From a virus (taxonomy: Duplodnaviria > Caudoviricetes), in IMG/VR virus record IMGVR_UViG_3300010226_000007, positions 1-57,770 of that record: a stretch of DNA of 57,770 bases; one strand, given 5' to 3'. The notes below the pieces were generated by a model. The model saw only the letters and a program-made list of their open reading frames with translations, was not told the origin of the DNA and did not search any database. Shown here piece after piece: positions 35,385-45,200 of the stretch. Each line of letters begins with the position of its first letter. Position 1 is the stretch's first letter. Both the position numbers and the translations under genes were made by a program.

Positions 35385-35765
35385 TCAGAGAGCCGTCGGT
35401 CCCGTCTTGATGGGACTGGTGCGTTCGAGCTTCGTCTCGGGCACCGGGGCGGTGACCTTCTCGCGCAGCCACAGGGTGATGAGCGCGGCGATGGCGGCCA
35501 TGACCTTGGACTGGTGGTCGGCGGACCAGTCGAGCCCGAGGCCGACGCACAGCGCCATGACGGCCTGGGCGAACTGCACGAGCATCGCGGCGAGCGCCCC
35601 GTTCTTCAGGACGATCGCGGTGATGACGCCGACGGCCGCGGCGGAGACCGCGTTGATGGCGGTCTGGGTGCCGGCGGAGATGTCGACTCCGAACGCCGAC
35701 AGCGCCTGGAGGAACGCGGCGATGAAGCCGAGGATGTAGACCGGCTCTCTGCCGAAGATCTTCAT
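35385..35765 (-). CDS. Holin-like membrane protein
   Basis: MKIFGREP start, four TM helices. Confidence 0.7.
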   Translation of the reverse strand: MKIFGREPVYILGFIAAFLQALSAFGVDISAGTQTAINAVSAAAVGVITAIVLKNGALAAMLVQFAQAVMALCVGLGLDWSADHQSKVMAAIAALITLWLREKVTAPVPETKLERTSPIKTGPTAL

Positions 35766-35796
35766 GTGAGTCTCTTTTCGTGTTCCGGGTTACCGA

Positions 35797-35976
35797 TCAC
35801 AGCGGCCGGTTCTCCTCGTGGAGCTCTCGGCCATCCAGCGAGTTGTGGACCACAACCCATCCGACGGATCCGTCGTCGTGCTTAACCGGTCGCTCCTTGG
35901 GGCCGCACACGCAGGACGTTCCTGTGTCTTCGTGCTCGATCAGGTCGTTGATCGGCAAAACGTGGACGGTGCTCAC
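35797..35976 (-). CDS. Small His/Cys protein (59 aa, not in ORF track)
   Basis: VHVLPINDLIEH...CVCGP...VVHNSLDGRE; GTGA overlap with the upstream gene. Confidence 0.6.
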   Translation of the reverse strand: MSTVHVLPINDLIEHEDTGTSCVCGPKERPVKHDDGSVGWVVVHNSLDGRELHEENRPL

Positions 35977-36527
35977 GGCACGCCCGCTGCCTTGTCTGCG
36001 AGCCAGCGCCGGACGGTCTGGTTGTGTCGGGCGTCGGCGAGGGCGTTGTGCTCGCCGCTCTCCTGCTGGGGCAGCTCGTCCCAGCGGAGGCCGAGCCGCA
36101 GGCGTTCCTGTTGGATGTCGCAGGTGAACATGGGGACGCCCTCGGGGAGGTCGATCATGCGGCCCCAGAGCTGGGCGAGGGCTACGTGGTCATAGGCGCC
36201 GTAGTTCGCCCACAGCACGACGTCGGGTCCGGCGGCCTGGATGAAGGCAACTACGTCGTCCGCGATGTGCTCGCGCCGCTTCACGACCGGGTCGGCGTAG
36301 TCGAACAGCCAGGACTTCGGTACGTGGTTGCGCCGGTCTCCGTGCCCCTTGGGCAGGCTCGGGACGACGTTGTCCATCAGCCACTTGTGCTTCCGGATCT
36401 TTCGTACCGGCATGTCCCGGTTGACGGCGTAGTACTCGCGTCCGTCGTCGCAGACCATGCCGATGGAGATCAGCTCGATGGTGCGGCCGTCCTCCAGGAA
36501 CTCAAGATCGTAATCGATCGCGGTCAT
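35973..36527 (-). CDS. DEDD 3'-5' exo(ribo)nuclease
   Basis: DLEF, ISIG, YDHV, HNALADA motifs. Confidence 0.8.
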   Translation of the reverse strand: MTAIDYDLEFLEDGRTIELISIGMVCDDGREYYAVNRDMPVRKIRKHKWLMDNVVPSLPKGHGDRRNHVPKSWLFDYADPVVKRREHIADDVVAFIQAAGPDVVLWANYGAYDHVALAQLWGRMIDLPEGVPMFTCDIQQERLRLGLRWDELPQQESGEHNALADARHNQTVRRWLADKAAGVP

Positions 36528-37363
36528 GAGGAAGGCTGCCCGTTGACGTCGACGCTGACCTTGACGACGGCGTCCTTGATGGCGGCCTGTACAGCGGCGA
36601 CGACCTGGTCGGTGTCGACGTTGGAGCCGATGAGCTGGGCGAGCTTGGAGATGGCCGCGGACTGGGCGGCCTCCTGCGTCAGCAGCTTCTGCAGCCGCTG
36701 GTCGATCCCCTTGAGGTAGCTCTGCGGCTGCCAGTTCGGGTTGGTCTTGGCGTCGGCGGCGTCGGCTGGCGCGGCGATGGCGTCGGTCTTCCAGACGGCG
36801 TCGAAGATGTCCTGCTTGGTCATGCCGGCCAAGGGGTCCTCCTGTGGAGCTGGGGCGGGGTTCTTCCAGGTGGGGTCGGCGGTGACGATGCCGCCTGGGT
36901 AGGCGGGGTAGCCGTAGCCGTACACGTAGGTGTCGCGGCGGGCGCGCTTCTTGAGGTAGACGCCGTCGCCCTCGGCAGAGCCGGAAGAGTTGGTGTTGCC
37001 CTCGACGGTGTAGATGAAGTCGCTGTCGTAGGCGTAGACGAGGCCGGTGTGGGAGCCGCCGCCCGGCCCGAAGAACACCTGGGCGCCGATCGCCGGATAG
37101 TCGGAGAACCGGTTCTGCTTCTTCCACCAGGAGACGCCGAGCGCGCAGGAGGCGGTGACCGGGTAGCTGCCCTTCGGCATGCCGGCTTCCTGGAAGCACC
37201 AGGCAGCGAAGGTGGCGCACCAGGCCTGGTAGTTGGACCATTCGAGGCCGGGGACGGCGGCGCTGTACTTCTGGTTGTTGTTCCAGTGGCCGCCGCTGTA
37301 GCCCTCGTGGTAGCCGACCTGGGATTTAGCAACGCGGATAACGTCGCCTGCGGTGCCGGTCAT
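36524..37363 (-). CDS. Endolysin, CHAP domain
   Basis: AWCATF...SHTGLV...TVEGNT. Confidence 0.88.
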   Translation of the reverse strand: MTGTAGDVIRVAKSQVGYHEGYSGGHWNNNQKYSAAVPGLEWSNYQAWCATFAAWCFQEAGMPKGSYPVTASCALGVSWWKKQNRFSDYPAIGAQVFFGPGGGSHTGLVYAYDSDFIYTVEGNTNSSGSAEGDGVYLKKRARRDTYVYGYGYPAYPGGIVTADPTWKNPAPAPQEDPLAGMTKQDIFDAVWKTDAIAAPADAADAKTNPNWQPQSYLKGIDQRLQKLLTQEAAQSAAISKLAQLIGSNVDTDQVVAAVQAAIKDAVVKVSVDVNGQPSS

Positions 37364-37488
37364 GCGCCCTCCTCCAGGATGCGGTCGGGTTCACCGCGGA
37401 CGACGTCGCGTCCTGTGGTGGCGGGCAGTTCGGCGGCCTGTCCGGGGTCGCCGGCCGCCTCCGCGTACTGGTCTTCGGTGTCGTTCAA
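37360..37488 (-). CDS. Small hypothetical protein
   Basis: TTG start, GGGAGG RBS, ATGA overlap with the endolysin. Confidence 0.35.
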   Translation of the reverse strand: MNDTEDQYAEAAGDPGQAAELPATTGRDVVRGEPDRILEEGA

Positions 37489-37542
37489 GAGCCCTCCCGG
37501 GCATGAAAAAAGCGCCCAGGGGCGCGGCGGAGAGGGGGGTGG

Positions 37543-38163
37543 CTAGAGGCTGACGAGGGTGCCGTTAAAGCCGATCCAGGGCGGGGTGACGGTGCCTTCG
37601 GGCTGGACGCCGGTTCCGATGACCTTGAGGAAGCCGTCGGTCTGGACGTCGAGCTTGAGGGTGATACGGGCGCTGGAGGCGTCCGAGCAGGGGATGACGA
37701 TGGTGCGCAGCGCTGTCGGTCGGGCGGTGGTCGGCAGCGCCGAGCTGTTGACGATGCCCCCGTTGGGGATGGTCGTTCCGCTGTAGGTGACGTTGAGGCC
37801 GCCGCGGAACATCAGGGTGTCCTCGCCGAACATGTTGACCTTGCGGTACTGGAAGGTGCCGTTGCTGTTGCCGTTGTGGGAGAACCCGGACGGCAGGCCG
37901 ATCGTGGTCCAGGACTGGGTGCCGGAGGCGATCGCCACCCAGGCGGTGCCGTCGTAGACGGTGAGCTGCTTCTCCGAGTTCAGCCAGGCCGCCATGCCGG
38001 CGACCGGTGAGGTGAGGGTGGCGTTGCGGGTGCTGGCGGAGGCGAAGCGCATCACCGTCTGGCCGGCGAGTTTCAGCAGGCCGTCGCCCATGACTTTGAG
38101 GTCGGGGACGTCGCCGTAGTCGAGGGCGGTGAAGCCCTGTCCGAAGGTGTCTGTGGTGGGCAC
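37543..38163 (-). CDS. Minor tail/fibre protein
   Basis: RFASASTRNA..PVAGM..W...VYDGTAW motif; beta-rich C terminus. Confidence 0.7.
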   Translation of the reverse strand: MPTTDTFGQGFTALDYGDVPDLKVMGDGLLKLAGQTVMRFASASTRNATLTSPVAGMAAWLNSEKQLTVYDGTAWVAIASGTQSWTTIGLPSGFSHNGNSNGTFQYRKVNMFGEDTLMFRGGLNVTYSGTTIPNGGIVNSSALPTTARPTALRTIVIPCSDASSARITLKLDVQTDGFLKVIGTGVQPEGTVTPPWIGFNGTLVSL

Positions 38164-38175
38164 GCGGCCCCCTTC

Positions 38176-38904
38176 CTAAGCGAGGCGGGTGACCCGCATG
38201 AAGCTGCCTTGCGCGAGGCGCGTGAAGACGGAGGCGCTTGCGGTGGATTGGGCCCACTGGATGGCGCACGTTCCGGCCGTGGTGGTGAAGATGGTCGCCT
38301 CCTCCAACGCCACGCATTGAAGGGTGTTGTCGTTGCGGCTGCCGTAGATGCAGGCGGTGGTGAAGCCGTGCACACCGAAGCGGCCGGTGCCACCAGACGA
38401 TCCACTGGAGAGGATGACGCCCTGGTCGGGGCCGATCGCGCTGCGGTTGCCGCTGGCGCCCGAGGGCACCGTCCATGCGGTGCGGAAGCGGACCGCATCG
38501 GTGGCCGCATGGTGGAGGCGGAACTTGACGTGGTACGTCGCGTTGGCGTCCAGCTGCATCGTCAGGTCCGGGTCGTCCGCCAGCGTCGCCGTGAGCCGGT
38601 CGAGGTTGGCGGTCTTCCAGGCGTAGCGCGGCTGGCCGAGTGGGGTGGCCGCCGATGCGGGCCGGCCGGCCGCCCACCAGTTCCCGGTGCCGGACTGCAC
38701 GAGCAGCACCTGGTCGCCGACGGCCGGCGACTGGTAGGTCTCCAGCCTGCGGGCGCGGATGCTGCCGACGTCGACGGTGCCGGTGGTGGCGCCGACGGCG
38801 GTGACGATGCCGGTCTGCACGTCGGCTCGGCGGACCTCCGGGTCGTCCCTGCCGGCCTGGGCCGAGGCCTGGGCGATGCTCTGGGCGACAGTGAAGCCGT
38901 CCAT
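38176..38904 (-). CDS. Minor tail protein
   Basis: N-terminal OB-like YxPAVGDxV; position in the tail cluster. Confidence 0.7.
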   Translation of the reverse strand: MDGFTVAQSIAQASAQAGRDDPEVRRADVQTGIVTAVGATTGTVDVGSIRARRLETYQSPAVGDQVLLVQSGTGNWWAAGRPASAATPLGQPRYAWKTANLDRLTATLADDPDLTMQLDANATYHVKFRLHHAATDAVRFRTAWTVPSGASGNRSAIGPDQGVILSSGSSGGTGRFGVHGFTTACIYGSRNDNTLQCVALEEATIFTTTAGTCAIQWAQSTASASVFTRLAQGSFMRVTRLA

Positions 38905-40001
38905 CAGGTGTCCTGCTTTCCACCGATGGTCTGGATGGTGATCGAGTCCAGGCCGAGGGAGATGGTGAAGCCCTGCACCTGCTGGAGTTCGCGGCGCCCG
39001 TCCTCGTAGGTGACGCGCAGGACGTCGCCCGGCTCCAGGCACGGGTTAGGCAGCGAGGTCAGCGAGACGGTCGCGTTCGGCTTGACCGCGTCCCGCAGCA
39101 GCTTGGTTGCCGCGCCCTGCGCCAGCGACGTGGTGATGAGCGTGGCCGACGAGTAGAACTTCGGGACCCGGCCGAACGGCCCGCTGACGTAGGTCGGGGA
39201 TGTGGGGTCGGTGTCGGAGGCGGACCCGGACACCGGTGGGATGTTGTCCTCCGCGTTCTCCCCCGAGGCGACGACGTAGTTGTACATGCCGTCGCGCGTG
39301 AACGACCGCTCCGCGCTGATCAGCACGCCGGTCTCCCCCGCGTCAACGTCCCAGGCGACGGGTGCGGTGAGCAGGTCGGGGAGTTCGGCGATGATGAACT
39401 GGCCGTCCGCGTCCGCGTACACCTCGGCGCCGATTGCCGTAGCGCACTCCTGCACGGCGGCCCACCGGTCGCCTTGGACGTCCCAGGTCATCGTGCCGAT
39501 CGTCGCGTCGGTGGCCCGGTTGACGACGACGGCGCCCGGCATTGAGTCCTGGATGAGGCCGGTGATGGCGGTGACCGCAGCCGTGCCGCCGCGGGTGGTG
39601 TATGGGGCGATGAACTTGTCGTCGGCGATGGCCGCTTCGAGCCCACTCCCGTTGATGGTGACCGGGCCCAGTGCTGGGTCGCCGCTGATGGAGTCGATGC
39701 GGAACAGCCCGAGCGGGACGGCTTCGATGGTTCCGTCGCCGTAGATGATGCCGCGCCGGATCAGCAGCCTGGCCCCGTACACGGCCAGCTGGTCGGTCGG
39801 GGTCATCGGCAGCAGGCTCACGTCCGGCACCGTCACCGAGCACGTGCGACGCACCGCATTGCTGCGGTCGACGGTCACCGAACCGTCCGTGTGGGGCAGG
39901 TCGACGACGACGCCGTCCGTGCGCATCAGCTGGACGCGCGTGTAGGGGACGTGGGATTCACGCAGCGTCGGCAGGAACCGTGTGGACGGCGCGGGATACA
40001 C
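38904..40001 (-). CDS. Minor tail/baseplate hub protein (DUF5047-like)
   Basis: VPLGLFRI, PNPCLEPGD motifs; tail cluster. Confidence 0.75.
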   Translation of the reverse strand: MYPAPSTRFLPTLRESHVPYTRVQLMRTDGVVVDLPHTDGSVTVDRSNAVRRTCSVTVPDVSLLPMTPTDQLAVYGARLLIRRGIIYGDGTIEAVPLGLFRIDSISGDPALGPVTINGSGLEAAIADDKFIAPYTTRGGTAAVTAITGLIQDSMPGAVVVNRATDATIGTMTWDVQGDRWAAVQECATAIGAEVYADADGQFIIAELPDLLTAPVAWDVDAGETGVLISAERSFTRDGMYNYVVASGENAEDNIPPVSGSASDTDPTSPTYVSGPFGRVPKFYSSATLITTSLAQGAATKLLRDAVKPNATVSLTSLPNPCLEPGDVLRVTYEDGRRELQQVQGFTISLGLDSITIQTIGGKQDT

Positions 40002-40013
40002 GGGCGCCTCCCC

Positions 40014-42260
40014 TCAGCTGTCTTGCCGCACGTTGATCGCCAGGTCCAGGACGGTCGCGTAGCGGGAGACCAGGCTGAGAACGGAGGAGTTCTCGATGCT
40101 GACGTCCCGGACCGTCCAGGTGGGCGAGCCGGCCATGGCTCCGGTGGGCCTGTCTACCTCGGTGAGTGGCAGCGTCCACTCGCGCCACTGCTCCGGGGCG
40201 TAGGTGCTGACGCGCGGGAACGCGGACTCTGCGACGGCCACGTAGACGTCGGACTCGCCCATGCCGGGCGCGGACTGCCAGAACAGGACGTTGCCGGTGG
40301 CGAGGAGGAAGCGCATGGCTTCCCGCTCATCGTCGGTTTGTGTCCACAGCACGAGTGAGCCTTCGCGTCCGGACCGCACGCCGCTGAGGACGACGGCGTT
40401 CTGCCGGCCGCGGACGCGGTAGGCCTGCTGGTCGATGGGCTGCTGCCAGTCCGGGGCCTTCTGCACGACTACTCGCATGTTGACGAGCGGCCTCAGCGGG
40501 TCCTTGAGCCACACGTAGTTGGCGTCGCCGGGGTCGAGGATGTAGGTGCTGGTGGTGCGGAATCCGGTGAGGGCGCCGGTGGTGGAGTCGTAGAACTCGA
40601 TGCGATAGGAGAACTGCACCCCCAAGGGCGCTTCGTAGTCGGTGACGATGAGCGTGTCATCTGTCGTCGTGACCTGGCTGAGCAGCCCGGATGCGCCGCG
40701 CACGACGGACCTGGAGCCGTCTGCGAGGACCCGGTACACGGTCATGAGGCGGGGAACGACGATCTCCCGGACCACCAGAAGCACCGACGCCGAGTCGTCG
40801 TCGACTGTGATCGACTGCTGCGGCTGCACCTGATACAGGATCACCGTGTCCAACTGCAGCGTGCTGCTGGCGGCGGTCGCGGTGAGCGTGTAGTCGATCT
40901 GGGCGAACGCCGCGTTCGCCGGGGCGGTGAAGTCCTGCGACAGCGTCCACCAATTGCCGTCGGACGGGATCGCTGCCGACGTGCTGGACGCGGTCGTGAT
41001 GAGCGTCGACGAGGCGTCGAACCACCTGATCGTGGAGGCGAGGGACCAGCCGCCCGCGACCCTCTTCGCGGCCACGTAGACCCGCCAGTTGACGCCGCCG
41101 GTCACCGCGTACATGCCGGAGCGGATGGTGCTGGCCGTCGCGGTGCTGCTGGTGACGGTCAGGCTGTATGTCTCCGTGAAAGCCTGCGCACCCCATGGCG
41201 TCGACCGGGCGATGGTGGCCACGCCCGAGTTGACCGTCCACGATCCGACGCCCTGCTCGAAGCTACTGTCGGCGTAGGTGACGGCGTTGACGTTCGGCAG
41301 GCTGCTGGTCGGGTTCGCGGTGCGAACCTTGATGACCGCTCCGTCGGAACGCACCGTCTGACCAGCCGTACCTGAGGTGATGCCGATGGCCAGGGACGCG
41401 GAGGCCGCACCTGCGGGGGCGACCGCGCTCGCGTACTGCCGGTAGATGGCCGTACCCGGGGCCGCCAAAGTCGACCGTGTGGCGGAGAGCTGGGTGCCGG
41501 AGGCGTTGTAGAAGCGGAGCTCCACCCAGACCGTGGAGCCGCTGGTGGGCGGCGCCAGGTAGGTGTAGGCGACGTACTCCACGCCGGGCGTGACTGCGGG
41601 TCGCTCCGTGCACAGGGCGGAAGCGTTGCCGTTCGCGGTGACGGTCAGCGTCAGCATCTCGCCGCCGCTGTAGTACCAGTCGACGGCCCAGCCGAACGTG
41701 GGCACCGTCCGGGACAGCGTGCAGTTCGTCTCCGCCGCCCACGACGTGCCGGAAATCTCGAACTGCTCCGCGTCGAAGCTGAGCAGGTTGCTCGCATACC
41801 GGAGCGGATAGCCGAAGTAGACGTTCTCGAAGTACGTGACCTGCCCGATCGCGGTCGCTGTGGACGACACCAGGACCTGCGCGCGGACGGCGCCGAGCGG
41901 GGCGGCGCCTCCGATGGAGATGCGGTGCCACGACGAGGAGGCGGAGTTCGTCGTCAGCGACCAGGTGATGCTGATCTCCGCGCCGGTGGCGTTCAGCCAG
42001 CGGATCCCGATCCGTTCCGGGATTGTCGTCGACGAGGCGTCGGCGAAAGCCCAGTACGTCTCCCCCATCCTCACCGCATACGAGGAGTACGTGCGGGCCT
42101 GCATCTCCCCGACGGCCTTCGCCGTCATGGCCACACAGCCGTCCCCGTTGCGGCCGCCCGACCCCAGGCTGAGCGTCGCATTCAGCTTCGCCGCCCAGCC
42201 CGAGGTGTTCGGGTCGATGGACTCTGTCGTCGAGCTGAGGAAGTTCCCGGGGATGGCCAC
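40014..42260 (-). CDS. Distal tail protein with carbohydrate-binding-like domains
   Basis: Three tandem ~150 aa beta domains (N..FE...W) followed by a DYEAPLG Dit-like region. Confidence 0.7.
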   Translation of the reverse strand: MAIPGNFLSSTTESIDPNTSGWAAKLNATLSLGSGGRNGDGCVAMTAKAVGEMQARTYSSYAVRMGETYWAFADASSTTIPERIGIRWLNATGAEISITWSLTTNSASSSWHRISIGGAAPLGAVRAQVLVSSTATAIGQVTYFENVYFGYPLRYASNLLSFDAEQFEISGTSWAAETNCTLSRTVPTFGWAVDWYYSGGEMLTLTVTANGNASALCTERPAVTPGVEYVAYTYLAPPTSGSTVWVELRFYNASGTQLSATRSTLAAPGTAIYRQYASAVAPAGAASASLAIGITSGTAGQTVRSDGAVIKVRTANPTSSLPNVNAVTYADSSFEQGVGSWTVNSGVATIARSTPWGAQAFTETYSLTVTSSTATASTIRSGMYAVTGGVNWRVYVAAKRVAGGWSLASTIRWFDASSTLITTASSTSAAIPSDGNWWTLSQDFTAPANAAFAQIDYTLTATAASSTLQLDTVILYQVQPQQSITVDDDSASVLLVVREIVVPRLMTVYRVLADGSRSVVRGASGLLSQVTTTDDTLIVTDYEAPLGVQFSYRIEFYDSTTGALTGFRTTSTYILDPGDANYVWLKDPLRPLVNMRVVVQKAPDWQQPIDQQAYRVRGRQNAVVLSGVRSGREGSLVLWTQTDDEREAMRFLLATGNVLFWQSAPGMGESDVYVAVAESAFPRVSTYAPEQWREWTLPLTEVDRPTGAMAGSPTWTVRDVSIENSSVLSLVSRYATVLDLAINVRQDS

Positions 42261-42263
42261 GCG

Positions 42264-45200
42264 TCACCTCCTCGGACGAGCGTTGAGCGCGGTGACGAGC
42301 TGCTGATTGTTCTGCGCGACTACCTGCTGCGCCTCACCGCGAACCCGGCCCAGCCACTCGCCCGAGTCGAGGTACAGGTCGCCCTCGAAGCGGGACGGAC
42401 CCGCTCCCCCGCCGGCTGCGAGGGAGGTGAGGGCGTTGGCCTGCTGGGTGGTAAACACGGGCTCCGGGCGGCCCGTGCCGTTGTAGGCGAGGTTGAGGCC
42501 CGGCTGGAGGTAGCCGCCCGAGTCGTACTTGCCGGGCTGGAAGCCGTACCAGGACCCGAACAGCTTGTTGTTGTAGCCGCGGGCGCGGGAGCCGACGACG
42601 ACGCCATCGCCGCCGCGAGACTCGACGTTGGTCTTGCCGAGCGTGCCCGCGGTGTGGCCGACGCCCGCATTCGTGATGCCGATCTTGAATGCGGAGTTGC
42701 CGTGGTAGACCCAGCCGGGAGGCGCCGTCTTCCCGGAGAACGCCATCGTCGCCCAGCGCCGGTGCGGCTTCTGCCCGCGGATGACGGACTCGATCGCCGA
42801 CATGAACCCGGAACAGTCCCACGAGGGGTTGCCATTGCCCGCCCACTGGTAGGGCTTGCCGGCCTGCGTCTTCGCCCACTTCAGCGCCGCCGCAATCCGG
42901 GGTCCGCCGATCCCTCCGGCGCCCTTCTTGTCGGCGTCCTTGGAGTAGCCGAACAGGGCGTCGATGATCTTTGTGGGAATGCGGCGGACCAGCCGGCCGA
43001 AGCCGGTGTCCATGCCCGGAAAGTTCTTCAGCAGCGGGTCGACGACGTTCTTTACGCCGGCCCGCGCCGAGGCCTCCAGGGTGTCGGACAGCCAGGACGC
43101 ACCCTTCTTCACGGTGTTCCAGATGTCGCTGCCGGCGCCGGCCACCTTGTTGGCGGCCTTGCCGATCCACCCGAAGATGCCGCCGTCCGCGAACGACTGC
43201 ACCACGCCGCCGCCTGCGTAGCGCAGGGAGCGGTCGGTGGACGCTGGGGCGCTGCCGCCGAACACGGGGGCCAGGGCCGCCTTGACGCCCTGGGCGCCGC
43301 GGGAGCGGGCGATGGAGTTCATCGTGGAGACGAACCCGGTCCCAACGGCCCGGGTGAACTCGGGCCGCATGATGGCCTCGCCGCCGGACAGTTCCAAGGC
43401 GCCGCCGGTCGGGGACAGGAACTTGTGGACGTCCCGGCCTGGCGTGTAGCCGGGCATGACGCCGCCGGAGGCGAACTTGAAGCTGTGGAGCTTCGGGGCG
43501 CCGAATGCGGATGCGACCTTGTTCCAGACGCCGACGATGCCGTTGTTGTAGACGGTGTCGACGATGAACTGGACGGGCTTCTTCGCGACGTCCTTGACCT
43601 TGTCCCAAGCGGTTTTGATGGCGCCGACGGCATCGTGGAAGACGCCACCGAGGCCCTTGATGATGTTCTTCCAGCCATCGAAGATCGGCTTGATGCCGTA
43701 CTTCCACGCCTTCTTGCCGACGTCAACGATCGCATCGAAGGCGGGCTTGATGGCGTTGGTGTACAGCCAGGAAGCCCACTTACCAATAGTCTTCAGGCCC
43801 TCCCAGAAGGCCTTGAACAGGGGCTTGAGGTAGGTCTCCCACATGGCCTTCGCGGCGGCCACGGTGAAGTCGAAGGCGGGCTTGATGGCGTTCGTGTAGA
43901 GCCACTTCGCCTTGTCGCCGATCTGCTGGAAGACGGGCTTGAAGACGTTCGTCCACAGCCAGCGGGCGATGGAGGCGATGGCGTCGAACGCCGGCTTGAT
44001 GGCGTTCGTCCACAACCACATGGCGATGCCACCGAGGATCTTGAAGGCGACGATCGCGGGCAGGATGAACGCGACGACGATCGCCGTGATCAGGATGCGT
44101 GCCGCGAGTGAGATCGCATCCCAGGCGGGCTTGATGGCGTTCGCCCACAGCCACATCGCCCACCGGCCGACCATCTGGACGGCCTGCACGATGAACCCGA
44201 ACACCGGCTTGAGGACGTTGTTCCACAAGAACAGGGCGCCCGTCTGGATGGCCGCCCACACGCCCTGCACCAGCGCCCGGAACCAGCCGAAGCGGTTGTA
44301 GGCGTAGATGACCGCCGCGACCAGCACGCCGATCAGGAGAGCGATCCGGATGACCGGGTTCTGGCTCATGACGAAGTTCAAGATGCCCTGGGCGATCGCC
44401 CACAGCTTCGTCGCAAGGATGATCCCGTAGATCAGCTGGATCATCCACGGCGCCTTGTCCGCGATGATTCCGATTGCTTCCGCCAGGCCGCCCAGCAGCG
44501 GCAGCAGGACGTCGGAGATCGGGCCGAGCGCCTTGCCGACGTTCAGGAACGCGGTGAAGATCTGGCCGAGGACGCGGGCCAGGACCGGACCGTGCTCCGC
44601 CGCATACGACAGGAACCGCTCGAACTCCGGGCTGCCCTTCAGGCCAGTGGCCCAATTCGCGAACCGGCCCGTGATCCGCTGCAGCGTCGACGAGATGCCG
44701 CTCATGTGGGGCAGGAAGGCGTCGATGATGCCCGCCATCCCCTTTACGACGTTCCCGAACGCCACCCCCAAGCCGGTGATCGCGGGGATAACGCTGGTCT
44801 GCAGGTCCTTCTTGAACCCCTGCCAGAACGGCGTCTTCACCTGCGCCGAGGCGCGGTCCTGCAGTCCCTTGATGGCCGTGGCCGCCGCCCGCACAAACGG
44901 CGTCAGCGTCGGCAGCGTGTTCCGCAGACTCACCAGCGCCCGCGTAAAGATGGGCATCACCGCGGGCTGCAAGCTCTTCGACCAGGTTCCGAACGCGGTC
45001 CGCAGGTCCAGGAACGCGTTCAGCGTGTCCCGGGCCGACGGGGTCAGCTTGTCCAGCGCCTGCTGGTACTTGGACTGTGCGATGGCAGCCTGATCGACGC
45101 CCCCGGCCGCCGACTGCGACGCGGAGGCAATCTGACGCTGCGCGGATGCCACCGAATCCGCCGCGTTCTGCTGGGCCACCGCCACGTTCGCGGTCGCCTC

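Noticed and set aside
37543-42260. Invertible tail-fibre cassette or diversity-generating retroelement
   Set aside because: No reverse transcriptase, template/variable repeat pair or flanking inverted repeats noticed.
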